This document shows, one piece after another, positions 31,560-41,570 of a stretch of DNA of 64,000 nucleotides (positions are counted from its first letter, which is position 1; the number at the start of each line of letters is the position of its first letter). The notes beneath the pieces were generated by a model, which saw only the letters and a program-made list of their open reading frames with translations, searched no databases and was not told the origin of the DNA. Source of the stretch: Candidatus Parcubacteria bacterium (GTDB lineage Bacteria; Patescibacteriota; Minisyncoccia; UBA6257; HR35). The stretch covers positions 496,527 to 560,526 of the forward strand of contig BPJG01000001.1 in NCBI GenBank assembly GCA_026004495.1, given 5' to 3'. A program made the translations under genes and the position numbers.

Positions 31560-33287
31560 TTATTTATTCTTTTTAAGTTGTTGCAAAAATTTTTTAAAAG
31601 TGAGTGTATTGAGAATATCATTTTTATTTGCCCATCCACGACGTGCTTGACTAACTCCTAAATCCAAAAAACTTAAATGTAAAACTGAATGAGCATCAGT
31701 ATTAATAATCATCTTTACTCCTTTTTCAACGCATTTTCTTATATGCTCATCTTTAAGATCTAATCTATCTGGATAAGCATCAATTTCTAAAATAGTATTT
31801 GTTTTTTTAGCATAATCAATAATTTCATCAATATTAATTTCATAAGCAGGTCTTTTATTAATTATTCTACCGGTTGGATGAAAGATACAATCAACATTTG
31901 GATTAGTCATTGCTTTTTTGATTCTTTCAGTTTGAATATTTCTTGGTAAATTAAAATGACTATGTACAGCAGCACCAACAAAATCTAATTTTGCCAAAAC
32001 TTCATCTTTAATATCCAAACCACCATCTTTTAAAATATTAACTTCTGCTCCTTTTAGAATTTTTATCTTGCCTTTATATTTTTGATTTAATTTATCAATC
32101 TCAGCCATTTGCTTTAATAATTTTTCTTCATCCAAACCACCAGTCATTGCCAAAGATTTAGTATGATCAGTAATACAAATATATTCCAAGCCAAGTTTAA
32201 TTGCCTCTTCTATCATTTCCTTAATTGAATTTTGACCATCAGTCCAATTTGTCTGAACTTGCAGATCACCCTTAATTGAACCATATTCAATCAACTTTGG
32301 TAATCTTCCTTCCATTGCTAATTCAATTTCGCCTCGATCTTCTCTCATCTCAGGCGGTATCCAATCTAAACCAAGTTTTTCATAAATTTCCTCTTCTGTT
32401 CTGCCGGCAATCATTTTTTCATTCTTGTCAAAAAGTCCATATTCGTTCAATTTCCATCCTTTCTTAATTGCTAATTCTCTCATTTTAATATTGTGATCCT
32501 TTGAACCAGTAAAATAGGCCAGCGCAGCACCAAAATTTTCTTCAGATACAACCCTTAAATCAGCATCGAGCCCAATTTTGAGTCTAACCATAGTTTTAGT
32601 TAGCCCTTGAGCATAAATATTATTTACTTCAGGAAACTTAACAAAATAATCCATTAATTTTTTAGGTTTGTCAGAAACAGCCAAAATATCAATATCACCA
32701 ATTGTTTCTTTTTTTCGACGATAAGAACCAGCAGGCATAACCTCTTTAGCTAATCCACTTTCTTTTAAATAATTTACTAATTCTTCAACCACAGGAATAA
32801 TAAAACCCAAAATCGCTCTTCCTCCTCCTTGCTTAAAAAATTCAATCCCTTTTAAAATTTTCTCTTCACTTTTCTCTCCAAATCCGGGTAGCCTTCTGAT
32901 TTTATGCTCTCGACAAGCCTTTTCTAAATCATCAATTGTTTTAATTTCCAAAGCTTTATAAAGCTTATAAACAATCTTTGGTCCAACACCTTCAATTGAA
33001 GTTAATGTTTCAACATCAACTGGCACTTCTTTTTTTAATTCTTCTAATTCTTTAATTTTGCCAGTTTTCAAATATTCAATAATTTTTTCAGCAATTGACT
33101 CGCCAACCCCAGGCAAGTTTTTCAATCCTTCTTTCCCTCTTTTTTTGATAAATTCTTCAATGTCTTCATCTAAAGCTTCAACTGAATAAGCAGCCCTTTC
33201 GTAAGCTTGAGGTTTAAATTTAATTTCCTTCATATCTAAATAAATTGCCATCATTCTTAAAAGCTTTGCTATTTCAGGATTTTTCAT
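31560..33287 (-). CDS. polX: DNA polymerase X / PHP 3'-5' exonuclease
   Basis: HhH repeats, GSYRR..ETIGDIDIL, FTGSKDHN, PPEMRED, PHP motifs TDH and TDAH. Confidence 0.95.
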   Translation of the reverse strand: MKNPEIAKLLRMMAIYLDMKEIKFKPQAYERAAYSVEALDEDIEEFIKKRGKEGLKNLPGVGESIAEKIIEYLKTGKIKELEELKKEVPVDVETLTSIEGVGPKIVYKLYKALEIKTIDDLEKACREHKIRRLPGFGEKSEEKILKGIEFFKQGGGRAILGFIIPVVEELVNYLKESGLAKEVMPAGSYRRKKETIGDIDILAVSDKPKKLMDYFVKFPEVNNIYAQGLTKTMVRLKIGLDADLRVVSEENFGAALAYFTGSKDHNIKMRELAIKKGWKLNEYGLFDKNEKMIAGRTEEEIYEKLGLDWIPPEMREDRGEIELAMEGRLPKLIEYGSIKGDLQVQTNWTDGQNSIKEMIEEAIKLGLEYICITDHTKSLAMTGGLDEEKLLKQMAEIDKLNQKYKGKIKILKGAEVNILKDGGLDIKDEVLAKLDFVGAAVHSHFNLPRNIQTERIKKAMTNPNVDCIFHPTGRIINKRPAYEINIDEIIDYAKKTNTILEIDAYPDRLDLKDEHIRKCVEKGVKMIINTDAHSVLHLSFLDLGVSQARRGWANKNDILNTLTFKKFLQQLKKNK

Positions 33288-33337
33288 AATTTATTCAAAG
33301 TAAATATTAAGAAAATAAAATTTAATCTTTAAAATAC

Positions 33338-33366
33338 TTGACTTAATTTATTATTTAAAATAAAAT
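33338..33366 (+). promoter_or_regulatory. sigma70 promoter
   Basis: TTGACT-17 nt-TAAAAT upstream of the 33391 ORF. Confidence 0.5.
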
Positions 33367-33390
33367 TTTAAAATAGCCTTATAAAAGACA

Positions 33391-35388
33391 ATGAATAAAT
33401 ATTTTAAAAAATTATCTCTAATTTTGTTAATTTTAATTACCTTTTATACTTTAATATTTATTAAACAAATTTATTCTCAAAATAACATTCCTATTTGCAG
33501 TTCACCTAATAATTTACTTATTTTACCCGGTAATTGGGAGGGCAATAGAATTGTGATGACTTCTGCTACTGGTTCTTTAGGTCTCACTGATTTATCATTA
33601 TCAACTTCATCTAGTGGAAATATTTTAAATACTTCTAATACTTGGTTAATTTTAAATAAGGGTTTGATTTTATCTGGACCCTCATATGGTTTTAATAATG
33701 CTGGAGCAATTTATTTTAGGGATTTAAGTGAGGCACGTACAATCAGTAGTGGGGGAAATACACGTAATTCTTATTCTGAATTTATAATTTATGTTCCTAC
33801 TACTACTAATAATTTAGTTTTCTTCTATAAAAATGCAAGTGAAACAAGTTCTGGAACTGTTTTAACTATTTCTACTTCTGGAGATATTATTTCATCAGGG
33901 AATATAATTTCTAGTGGTAGGCAAGGTGTCATTACTAATAACTTATTTTCACTTAACAATATTTCAATAGGAACTTCTTCTGCCTTAGATAAGCTTTATC
34001 TTTATGCTACTAGCGATCAATACATAAACTTACAATCAGCTAATAGAGGAAATTTAAAAATTGGTAGTTTGTTTTCTAATTCTGAAGCAGTAATTAGATT
34101 TAAGGAAATTCTTAAAATTTTTTACTCAAATAATTCTTTACCAGTTTTAACGATTAATAATAATGAAAGAGTGGGAATAAATACTTCTACTCCATATTCA
34201 ACCCTTGATGTTAGAGGCGATATTAGAGCCTCTCAAGATATTATTACTAATGGTAGATTTTGTTTAGGTAGTAACTGTATTACAAATTGGCCTTCAGCTG
34301 GTGGAAATATTTGGGGTAGTGGTTCGGATAATTATATTCCTCTATGGACTGGAGTTAATAATCTTGTAAATTCAATAATTAAGCAAACCCTATCTGGAGC
34401 AACAAGAACGATAGAGGTTATTAATGGTTCTATAATAGCTAATAAATTTTGTTTTAAAACAGATAATAACGATCTATCATGCATTTCAAGCTGGCCATCT
34501 CGACCAGCTGTAGCTCATTTTTATCGTTATATAGTTGGTCATGAATATTGGGAAAATTTTTTAACTAACCTTATTAATTCAGAACCTAATGTTTCAGGTA
34601 TAGATCCTTATATTAGACCTAGAAATGGTAATTATAATGAAAACATAGGTAAGGGCTATCCTTATTTAAGCCTTCATGATATTATTAATAGAATAGGAAT
34701 TGATCCTGATAATCAATTTGCTACTAAATGGTTTATCTTAGGTTACTCTTATCGACAGCCATATACTAATGTACCTACGGCTTTATTTATTGAAGAAGGA
34801 GATAATATTAATCCATGGAAAAGATACACTAAAACTTCATCTTCTCCAGGAGGTCTTAATCCCAATAATTCATCAGATGTTTTGGTATATTGTCATTATA
34901 ATGCTCCTAGCGGAGCTATTTATACAACCTCTAATAAACAAGAGTGTGATCAAATTAGAAATGGAAATCTTCAGGGTTATAGCATCAGGAGTTATACTTA
35001 TGCAGAAAAAAATTATGATATTAGAGGTTATGTAGCTTTAGATTTAAGACTTGAGCCAGCTAACCAAAGAACTGTTTGCACTAAAAGAGATTACTTAGAT
35101 TCTATTTCAATAGCAAGTTGGGGTAATACAAGTGTTATTAATTTAAGGATTAATGACTATAGATATCCTAATTTAAATAATGATCCTTGCGTAGACATAA
35201 GCAATCGAAGACCCAATCTTCATTCTGTAATAATGGGTAGATTTAGGGTAAGACCCTATCCAACCTCAAATACTGCTTCTTCAGATTATATTCCACAAAC
35301 GAGCATTGCTTCTTTTTTAAATAATAACAATACTGATTTTAAAGTTGTGATTAAATCTTTAGGGGTAGTGGAATTAAGAAATTATTAA
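33391..35388 (+). CDS. secreted fibre/adhesin-like hypothetical protein
   Basis: N-terminal TM; beta-repeat motifs (IGTSS, VGINTSTPYSTLDVRGDI); two FC..CI..WPS modules. Confidence 0.6.
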   Translation: MNKYFKKLSLILLILITFYTLIFIKQIYSQNNIPICSSPNNLLILPGNWEGNRIVMTSATGSLGLTDLSLSTSSSGNILNTSNTWLILNKGLILSGPSYGFNNAGAIYFRDLSEARTISSGGNTRNSYSEFIIYVPTTTNNLVFFYKNASETSSGTVLTISTSGDIISSGNIISSGRQGVITNNLFSLNNISIGTSSALDKLYLYATSDQYINLQSANRGNLKIGSLFSNSEAVIRFKEILKIFYSNNSLPVLTINNNERVGINTSTPYSTLDVRGDIRASQDIITNGRFCLGSNCITNWPSAGGNIWGSGSDNYIPLWTGVNNLVNSIIKQTLSGATRTIEVINGSIIANKFCFKTDNNDLSCISSWPSRPAVAHFYRYIVGHEYWENFLTNLINSEPNVSGIDPYIRPRNGNYNENIGKGYPYLSLHDIINRIGIDPDNQFATKWFILGYSYRQPYTNVPTALFIEEGDNINPWKRYTKTSSSPGGLNPNNSSDVLVYCHYNAPSGAIYTTSNKQECDQIRNGNLQGYSIRSYTYAEKNYDIRGYVALDLRLEPANQRTVCTKRDYLDSISIASWGNTSVINLRINDYRYPNLNNDPCVDISNRRPNLHSVIMGRFRVRPYPTSNTASSDYIPQTSIASFLNNNNTDFKVVIKSLGVVELRNY

Positions 35389-35389
35389 A

Positions 35390-35785
35390 ATGAAAAATAA
35401 AGTTTTATTATTAAATTTAATTTTAAGCATATCAATTATCTTAATATCATCCTATTTTGTTTTTGCCGATATTATTTTTGAAGATTTTAATAATAATGAT
35501 GACCAAATGATTAATTTAGGTAATATAGCTAATATAGAAGATGGTGGTAATGAAAGAGATTTTATAATCTTAGAAACATATCCAGAGAATTCAATGCCAA
35601 CTGAGTTAATTAATGACCTATACGAATTGGAAGAACAAAGACGAGAAGAAAATATTATTTTAATAAGCGATAATTATTTTCCTACTGAAGAATCATTAGC
35701 CAACGATACTGATAATGAAGGTAATCCCTTTGGTGGTACTGATCATGATCCAGAATTAATGAATGTTATTATTGTCAATCAATAA
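35390..35785 (+). CDS. acidic secreted hypothetical protein
   Basis: Signal peptide ending VFA; D/E/N-rich body. Confidence 0.5.
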   Translation: MKNKVLLLNLILSISIILISSYFVFADIIFEDFNNNDDQMINLGNIANIEDGGNERDFIILETYPENSMPTELINDLYELEEQRREENIILISDNYFPTEESLANDTDNEGNPFGGTDHDPELMNVIIVNQ

Positions 35786-36788
35786 AATAATTATGTTAGA
35801 TATCTTAATATACTCTATCTTATTTATAATTTTTATTTTAATTCTGATTGTATTATATTTTATTTATTTAGTTAGAATAAAGATTGAGGATAATTTAAAA
35901 AATAATACTTTTTTAGATCTTCAAAATAAATTATTAGAAAGTTTTTCTTTATTAAAACAAGAGGCAATTTCTCATCTTCAAACAACGATTGATAAACAAG
36001 AAAAATTTATCGAATCAACTTCAAAAATTGAAGAATTAGCAAGGAATTTAGAATCAAGCACTATTGAAATAAAAACCTTTAAAGAAATTTTAGCTGGACC
36101 AAAAAATAGAGGCTTCTTAGGTGAAATTATGCTAGAAGAAATAATTAAAAATCTTCCTTCATCTTATTATGAAAAACAATATCCTTTTGGCTTTGATCGA
36201 GTTGATTATGTATTGAAATTAAATGACACCTTAATCCCTATTGATGCTAAGTTTCCAATTCAAAATTTTAATAAATTATTTGAAATTGAAGAAAAAGATA
36301 AAGTTGGACTTAAAAAAGAATTAGCTAAAAATTTAAAAAATAAAATTGATGATATTGCTCGAAAATATATCTTACCTTCAAAAGGGACAATAGAGTTTGC
36401 TTTGATGTATTTAGCTAATGAAGGAATTTATTACGAGCTTTTAACTGACAAAGATTATCAAGAGGTTTGGGATTATGCTCGAGAAAAATCAGTTTTTATT
36501 ACCTCCCCAAAAAGTTTTGAAATTATCTGTTCTTCCTTACTCTTGATTATTCGTAAGCAAGAATTAGGTAAAAATATCCAACAAATCTTGGCTAATTTAC
36601 ATCAATTAGAAAAAGATTTATTAGAGTTGGAATCTAAATTTGAAACGTCTTATAATCAATTAAATAATAGTTTTCGTAATTTACAAGAGCTTTCAAGAAT
36701 TTTAAATAGATTTATTGTTAATTTTAAAGCCTTAATTAAATCAGAACAAAAATTAGAAGAAAAAATTAAAGAAAGGTCGTTAATTTAA
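35763..36788 (+). CDS. rmuC: DNA recombination protein RmuC (true start probably the ATG at about 35793)
   Basis: RGFLGE..LE, IPIDAKFP, KYI, T.EFALMY..EGIY, TSP. Confidence 0.9.
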   Translation: MLLLSINKIIMLDILIYSILFIIFILILIVLYFIYLVRIKIEDNLKNNTFLDLQNKLLESFSLLKQEAISHLQTTIDKQEKFIESTSKIEELARNLESSTIEIKTFKEILAGPKNRGFLGEIMLEEIIKNLPSSYYEKQYPFGFDRVDYVLKLNDTLIPIDAKFPIQNFNKLFEIEEKDKVGLKKELAKNLKNKIDDIARKYILPSKGTIEFALMYLANEGIYYELLTDKDYQEVWDYAREKSVFITSPKSFEIICSSLLLIIRKQELGKNIQQILANLHQLEKDLLELESKFETSYNQLNNSFRNLQELSRILNRFIVNFKALIKSEQKLEEKIKERSLI

Positions 36789-36797
36789 GTTAATTTA

Positions 36798-36945
36798 ATA
36801 CCACTGATTTACTCGGATAATACATACCACTGATTATCATGGACACTATAAGTACCTAGAGGTTTGTATTTTAAAATATACGTATATAAATATGTGGTTA
36901 ATAATTTATTTATTTTAATCACTTTCTAAATCCGTGTAAATCTGT
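36798..36945. repeat. short tandem repeat plus imperfect inverted repeat in the rmuC-gap spacer
   Basis: ATACCACTGATT at 36798 and 36824; ACTGATTTACTCGGAT (36803-36818) matches the reverse complement of ATCCGTGTAAATCTGT (36930-36945) at 14/16. Confidence 0.55.
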
Positions 36946-36955
36946 AATTTAAAAA

Positions 36956-37969
36956 ATGCGTTTAGCCATCAATGGTTTTGGTAGAATTGGAAGAATATTT
37001 TTTCGTCAAGTTTTTGGTAAAGAAAATTTTGATATCGTCGCTATTAATGATTTATCTGATACAGAAAATTTAGCTTATTTATTAAAATACGATACTGTTT
37101 ATGGTCGGTATAATAAATCAGCTGAAGTTAAAGATGGAAAATTAGTTGTTGATGGTAAAGAAATTTTAATTTTAAAAGAGACTGATCCTGTAAAACTTCC
37201 TTGGCAAGAGCTAAATATTGATGTTGTTGTTGAATCAACTGGTGTTTTTACTGAATTTGAAAAAGCAAAGGCTCATTTAACTGCTGGAGCCAAAAGAGTT
37301 GTTATTACTGCACCAACAAAAGATGAAATTACTCCTCACTTCACTCCTGGTTTAGAAGATTTAGGCAAAATCTATTCTTTGGATGAACAAGGTTTAATTA
37401 CTTCTAATGCTTCATGCACAACCAATTCAGTCAATCCAGTCATTGCTATTTTAAATAAAAGGATTGGAGTTAAAAAAGCAATTTTAACAACTATTCATGC
37501 CTATACTAATACTCAAACAATAGTTGACAGTGTTATTAAAGGACATGATTTTAGGCGTGGTCGAGCTGGGGCTCAAAATATTATTCCTTCAACAACTGGA
37601 GCAGCTGAAGCAACTACCAAAGTTATTCCTGAAATGAAAGGAAAATTTGATGGAATATCAATTAGGGTTCCAGTTGTTATTGTTTCCTTGTCTGACATAA
37701 CAATCCTAACAGAAAAACCTACTTCCATTGAAGAAATAAACAATATCTTTAAGGAAGAAGCAAATTCACCTCAATGGAAAGAGGTTATTAAAGTAGTCGA
37801 AGATCCAGTTGTTTCAAGTGACATCATTGGCGAACCCTATGGTGCTATTATTGACCTTACCTTAACTAAAGTTGTTGATGGTGATTTAGTTAAAGTTTTT
37901 TCTTGGTATGATAATGAATGGGGATATTGTGCAATGTTGGTTAAACACATAGAAAAATTATTTTCTTAA
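36956..37969 (+). CDS. gap: glyceraldehyde-3-phosphate dehydrogenase type I
   Basis: INGFGRIGR, SNASCTTN, IIPSTTGAA, WYDNEWGY. Confidence 0.97.
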   Translation: MRLAINGFGRIGRIFFRQVFGKENFDIVAINDLSDTENLAYLLKYDTVYGRYNKSAEVKDGKLVVDGKEILILKETDPVKLPWQELNIDVVVESTGVFTEFEKAKAHLTAGAKRVVITAPTKDEITPHFTPGLEDLGKIYSLDEQGLITSNASCTTNSVNPVIAILNKRIGVKKAILTTIHAYTNTQTIVDSVIKGHDFRRGRAGAQNIIPSTTGAAEATTKVIPEMKGKFDGISIRVPVVIVSLSDITILTEKPTSIEEINNIFKEEANSPQWKEVIKVVEDPVVSSDIIGEPYGAIIDLTLTKVVDGDLVKVFSWYDNEWGYCAMLVKHIEKLFS

Positions 37970-38063
37970 ATATTTAAAAATTTATAATCTAGATTAAATT
38001 CTTAGTTACTTTTGGGTTGTGTTTTGAATATATTATTTTTGAATTTATTTTTATTTTAATTGG

Positions 38064-38741
38064 ATGAGATTAAGAAGAAATTTTTTTACAAGGCCTACCT
38101 TAAGGGTTGCTAAAGATTTATTAGGTCAATTAATAATAAGAAAATACAATAATAAGCTAATAATTGGCAAAATAGTGGAAACAGAAGCATATATAGGGCC
38201 AAATGATAAAGCTTCTCATGCTTATACTAAAAAAGAGCAGAGAATTAATGAAAAAATTAAGATATTAAATAACAATTGGAATAGGATAAAAAAATGGGTT
38301 GATAATAAAGATAAATTTTTTAAAAAAATTATTACAACTAAAAAATGTAAAATTACTTCACGAAACTTAGCTGAATATTTAAGTGGAGGGCATATATATA
38401 TTTATTTGATTTATGGTAATTACTATCAATTTAATATAACTACCTTTAAAGAAGGCTATCCTGAATGTGTATTGATAAGAGCATTGGAACCTATAAACTA
38501 TAAAAAAAAATGGATAAAACCTAACGGTCCTGGAAAATTATGTGAATTTTTAAAATTGGACAAATCTTTTTGGGGAGTTGATTTATGTACTTCTAAAGAT
38601 ATTTTTTTAGTTTCTGGTGAAAAAAATAAAAAAATTGATATAATAAAGACTAAAAGAATAGGTATTGATTATGCTGAAGAGTATAAAGAGAAATTATGGA
38701 GATTTTATATAAAAAATAATAATTATGTAAGCAAAAAATGA
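38064..38741 (+). CDS. 3-methyladenine DNA glycosylase (MPG/AAG family)
   Basis: IVETEAY..D.ASHA, YIYLIYG, VLIRALEP, NGPGKLC, RIGI, WRFY. Confidence 0.92.
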   Translation: MRLRRNFFTRPTLRVAKDLLGQLIIRKYNNKLIIGKIVETEAYIGPNDKASHAYTKKEQRINEKIKILNNNWNRIKKWVDNKDKFFKKIITTKKCKITSRNLAEYLSGGHIYIYLIYGNYYQFNITTFKEGYPECVLIRALEPINYKKKWIKPNGPGKLCEFLKLDKSFWGVDLCTSKDIFLVSGEKNKKIDIIKTKRIGIDYAEEYKEKLWRFYIKNNNYVSKK

Positions 38742-39442
38742 AAGAAAAGTTAACCATTGAAGAAAATAAAGAAAAACAACCTGAGGGAATTAAAATTAGA
38801 CCCGCTTTGTTTATTCCTCAAAATTTAGGACAAGAGGTTTATCAAAATTTTCGTAATTTTGCTTTTGATGAACAAGAACAAATAAAATTTAATTTTAAGG
38901 CAATTGATTTCGGAAATTATTTTTATGTTATTTTAAATAATTCTCTAAAAACTAAAACAATTCCTAATGGTAAGATATATAATTTTGAATTACCAGCAAC
39001 CTTCAATTCATCAACAATAGATTATTTTATACTTAAACCTTCTCAAATTGAAAAATCACAAGCCAAAGAAGTGACTGAAGATACTGAAAAATTTTTAATG
39101 AGTTTTATTAAATATTTCATTACTATTACAATTCGAAAAAATGAAGATAAATATTTAATTTTAGGTAATTCATTTTTGCCTCTCCCTGAACCATACGAAA
39201 TTCAATTAGAAAATTCTGAAGAAAGTTATTATTTTTATCCAGTTTTTAATTCATGTATATTTATTGAAAGAAAACCAAATGATGAATTGATAATAAAATC
39301 TATAAAAATTTCTTACGATCGTAACTCTAATTTATTAAAGATAATAGAAGAAGAAATAAATACCCCAACATTAAACGAAAAACAAAAAGAAAATTTAAAG
39401 CAAAGCATTAAAGAAAAATGGGGAAGAGAAGTAAATTTTTAA
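38738..39442 (+). CDS. hypothetical protein
   Basis: 234-aa ORF, ATGA-like overlap with the upstream gene; no motif recognised. Confidence 0.55.
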   Translation: MKEKLTIEENKEKQPEGIKIRPALFIPQNLGQEVYQNFRNFAFDEQEQIKFNFKAIDFGNYFYVILNNSLKTKTIPNGKIYNFELPATFNSSTIDYFILKPSQIEKSQAKEVTEDTEKFLMSFIKYFITITIRKNEDKYLILGNSFLPLPEPYEIQLENSEESYYFYPVFNSCIFIERKPNDELIIKSIKISYDRNSNLLKIIEEEINTPTLNEKQKENLKQSIKEKWGREVNF

Positions 39443-39452
39443 AAATATAACT

Positions 39453-40487
39453 TTAAATTGGATGAAGGGGAATAAAATCTAAACCTGTATTTTCTGGTAA
39501 ATCTAAAATTATATTCATACATTGAATAGCTTGACCTGCTGTTCCCTTTACTAAATTGTCGATAGCGCTTAGGATAACTATTCTTTGTGTTTCTTCATTT
39601 ATTTCAAAGCCAATATCACAATAATTAGTTCCTAAAATAATTTTAGGTTCGGGTAATCTATATAATCCTTCTTTTTGTTTAATTATTCTAATGAAGGATT
39701 CATTTTTATAATATTTTAAGTAAATTTGCCATAAATCCTTTTCAGTTATTTTTTTATTAATTTCTAAAATATGAATAGTTGATAAAATGCCTCTTACTAA
39801 TTCAATAGCTGTAGCTGTTATTTCAACATCGATATTTAAAAAATCCTTTATTTCTGCCTCATGTCGATGATTAACAACTTTATATGTTCTGACAACATTA
39901 TTTCTTTCAGGGTGATGACTAGATAAAGATGGTTTTGAACCTCCCGCAGAGCTACCTATTTTAACATCAGCAATAATTTTAGTATTTTTATTTATTAATC
40001 CTTCTTTTACAAGGGGATAAAGTGGTAAGATTAGAGAGATTGCCTCACAACCTGGACAAGATAAATAATTTGATCTTTTAATCTCATTTCTATTAATTTC
40101 AGGTACAGCATAAATAAATTTTTTTAACCAATCTTCGGCTAAATGATTTTCTTGATAATATTTTTTAAATAAATATAAATTTTTCATCCTAAAATCAGAC
40201 CCTAAATCAATAATGTATTTAGCTAATTTACTAATTTTATTTATATATTTCATTGATTCTAGATTTGGTAAAGCAACAAAAATAATATCGCATTCTTTTA
40301 GTTCATCAAGGCTACAAAAATTTTTTTTAATTTTACCTCTGAGATTAGGATGAACAATTGTAATATCTTTACCAATATAATTTTTACTTGTTATTTGATT
40401 AATTTCTACATAAGGATGATTAATTAATAATCTTAAAAGTTCTCCCCCGGCATAACCAGAGCCACCTATTATACTTACTTTAATCAT
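39453..40487 (-). CDS. lysY: [LysW]-aminoadipyl/glutamyl-phosphate reductase (LysY/ArgC family)
   Basis: GGSGYAGGELLRLL, PGC, SHHPER..VVRTY...HRH.AEI, YRLPEPK, IDNLVKGTAGQA, C-terminal LHP. Confidence 0.9.
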   Translation of the reverse strand: MIKVSIIGGSGYAGGELLRLLINHPYVEINQITSKNYIGKDITIVHPNLRGKIKKNFCSLDELKECDIIFVALPNLESMKYINKISKLAKYIIDLGSDFRMKNLYLFKKYYQENHLAEDWLKKFIYAVPEINRNEIKRSNYLSCPGCEAISLILPLYPLVKEGLINKNTKIIADVKIGSSAGGSKPSLSSHHPERNNVVRTYKVVNHRHEAEIKDFLNIDVEITATAIELVRGILSTIHILEINKKITEKDLWQIYLKYYKNESFIRIIKQKEGLYRLPEPKIILGTNYCDIGFEINEETQRIVILSAIDNLVKGTAGQAIQCMNIILDLPENTGLDFIPLHPI

Positions 40488-41322
40488 TGTTTAAATTTTG
40501 AAGACAAAATTTAATTATTTCATCTGAAATACTGATTCCAGTTGTTTTTTGTATATTTTTGAACTCAATTGTATGGTTTAATTCATTGATTAAATAACCA
40601 TTATTAAATTCAAAAATATCAACTCCATAAATGCCCAAGGGTAATTTTTGAATTAAATTCTCGCATAAATTTTCTAAATCTTTATCCATATTACATAATC
40701 TAATTTTTCCTCCTCGAGCAGTATTAGATATCCAGTGAAAGTTTTCGCGATAAACAGCACAAATTATTCTGTTACCTACAATAGTTACTCTAATATCACG
40801 ATTAGGTTTAGTGATGTATTTAGTAGTATAAAAAATATTATGATAAGGAGCAGAAAGATAGCGTTTATGTTCTAATATTCCTTCAAAAGCATCGCGATCA
40901 TTTATTTTAGCTAATAATCTACCCCATGAGCCATATATCGGTTTTAATACTAAAGGGTAATCATTTAAAATTTTAGTTACTTCATCGATTAATTCTTCAT
41001 TAAAAAATACTAAAAAAGGAATTGTTGGTAATTTGTTTTTGATCAGAAATAGAGAAGTTAGAAATTTATTGGAACAAATATGATTAACTTGTGAATTATT
41101 TATTACTTTAATACCGAATGTTTCAAAAAAATAAACTATTTGATCGCCAATGAAATTTGATAAACACCTATTCAAAATTAATTTATAGTTAAATTTAAAA
41201 TTATTAGGATCTAAAATTAATTTATCTGTAGAAATTAAATTTATTTCAAGATTTAAATTTTTAGCCGATTGAATTAATAATTTTTCGTCTTCTCTTAAAA
41301 TATTGTATATTAAAGAAATCAT
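40480..41322 (-). CDS. lysX: LysW ligase, ATP-grasp LysX family
   Basis: REDEK, GSWGRLLAK, EHK, RDIR, WISNTARGG, NHTIEFKN. Start moved to the ATG at 41322, which overlaps the lysW stop (TAATG). Confidence 0.9.
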   Translation of the reverse strand: MISLIYNILREDEKLLIQSAKNLNLEINLISTDKLILDPNNFKFNYKLILNRCLSNFIGDQIVYFFETFGIKVINNSQVNHICSNKFLTSLFLIKNKLPTIPFLVFFNEELIDEVTKILNDYPLVLKPIYGSWGRLLAKINDRDAFEGILEHKRYLSAPYHNIFYTTKYITKPNRDIRVTIVGNRIICAVYRENFHWISNTARGGKIRLCNMDKDLENLCENLIQKLPLGIYGVDIFEFNNGYLINELNHTIEFKNIQKTTGISISDEIIKFCLQNLNND

Positions 41323-41498
41323 TATTGTCCCCAATCTTCTTCAATATGAGGTGCTTCTTCTAAAGTAATATTATTACCTATTATATTTTTAACAACTAAT
41401 TTATTATTACAGCTTTCGCAATTTAATAATTCATTTTCTTCTAGTAAACTTTGAAAAGAAATTTGAGAACCACAAATTGGACATTCAGCTTGATTCAT
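41322..41498 (-). CDS. lysW: LysW-family amino-group carrier protein, 58 aa, ending EDWGQ
   Basis: Not in the ORF track. Hand translation: MNQAECPICGSQISFQSLLEENELLNCESCNNKLVVKNIIGNNITLEEAPHIEEDWGQ; CxxC/CxxC Zn ribbon and EDWG tail, directly upstream of lysX. Confidence 0.93.
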   Translation of the reverse strand: MNQAECPICGSQISFQSLLEENELLNCESCNNKLVVKNIIGNNITLEEAPHIEEDWGQ

Positions 41499-41570
41499 TT
41501 TGGTAAATTAAAAAAATTAATTACGACATTTTTTATAAACTTTATAAACTGAGATAAATAAAATTATAAT

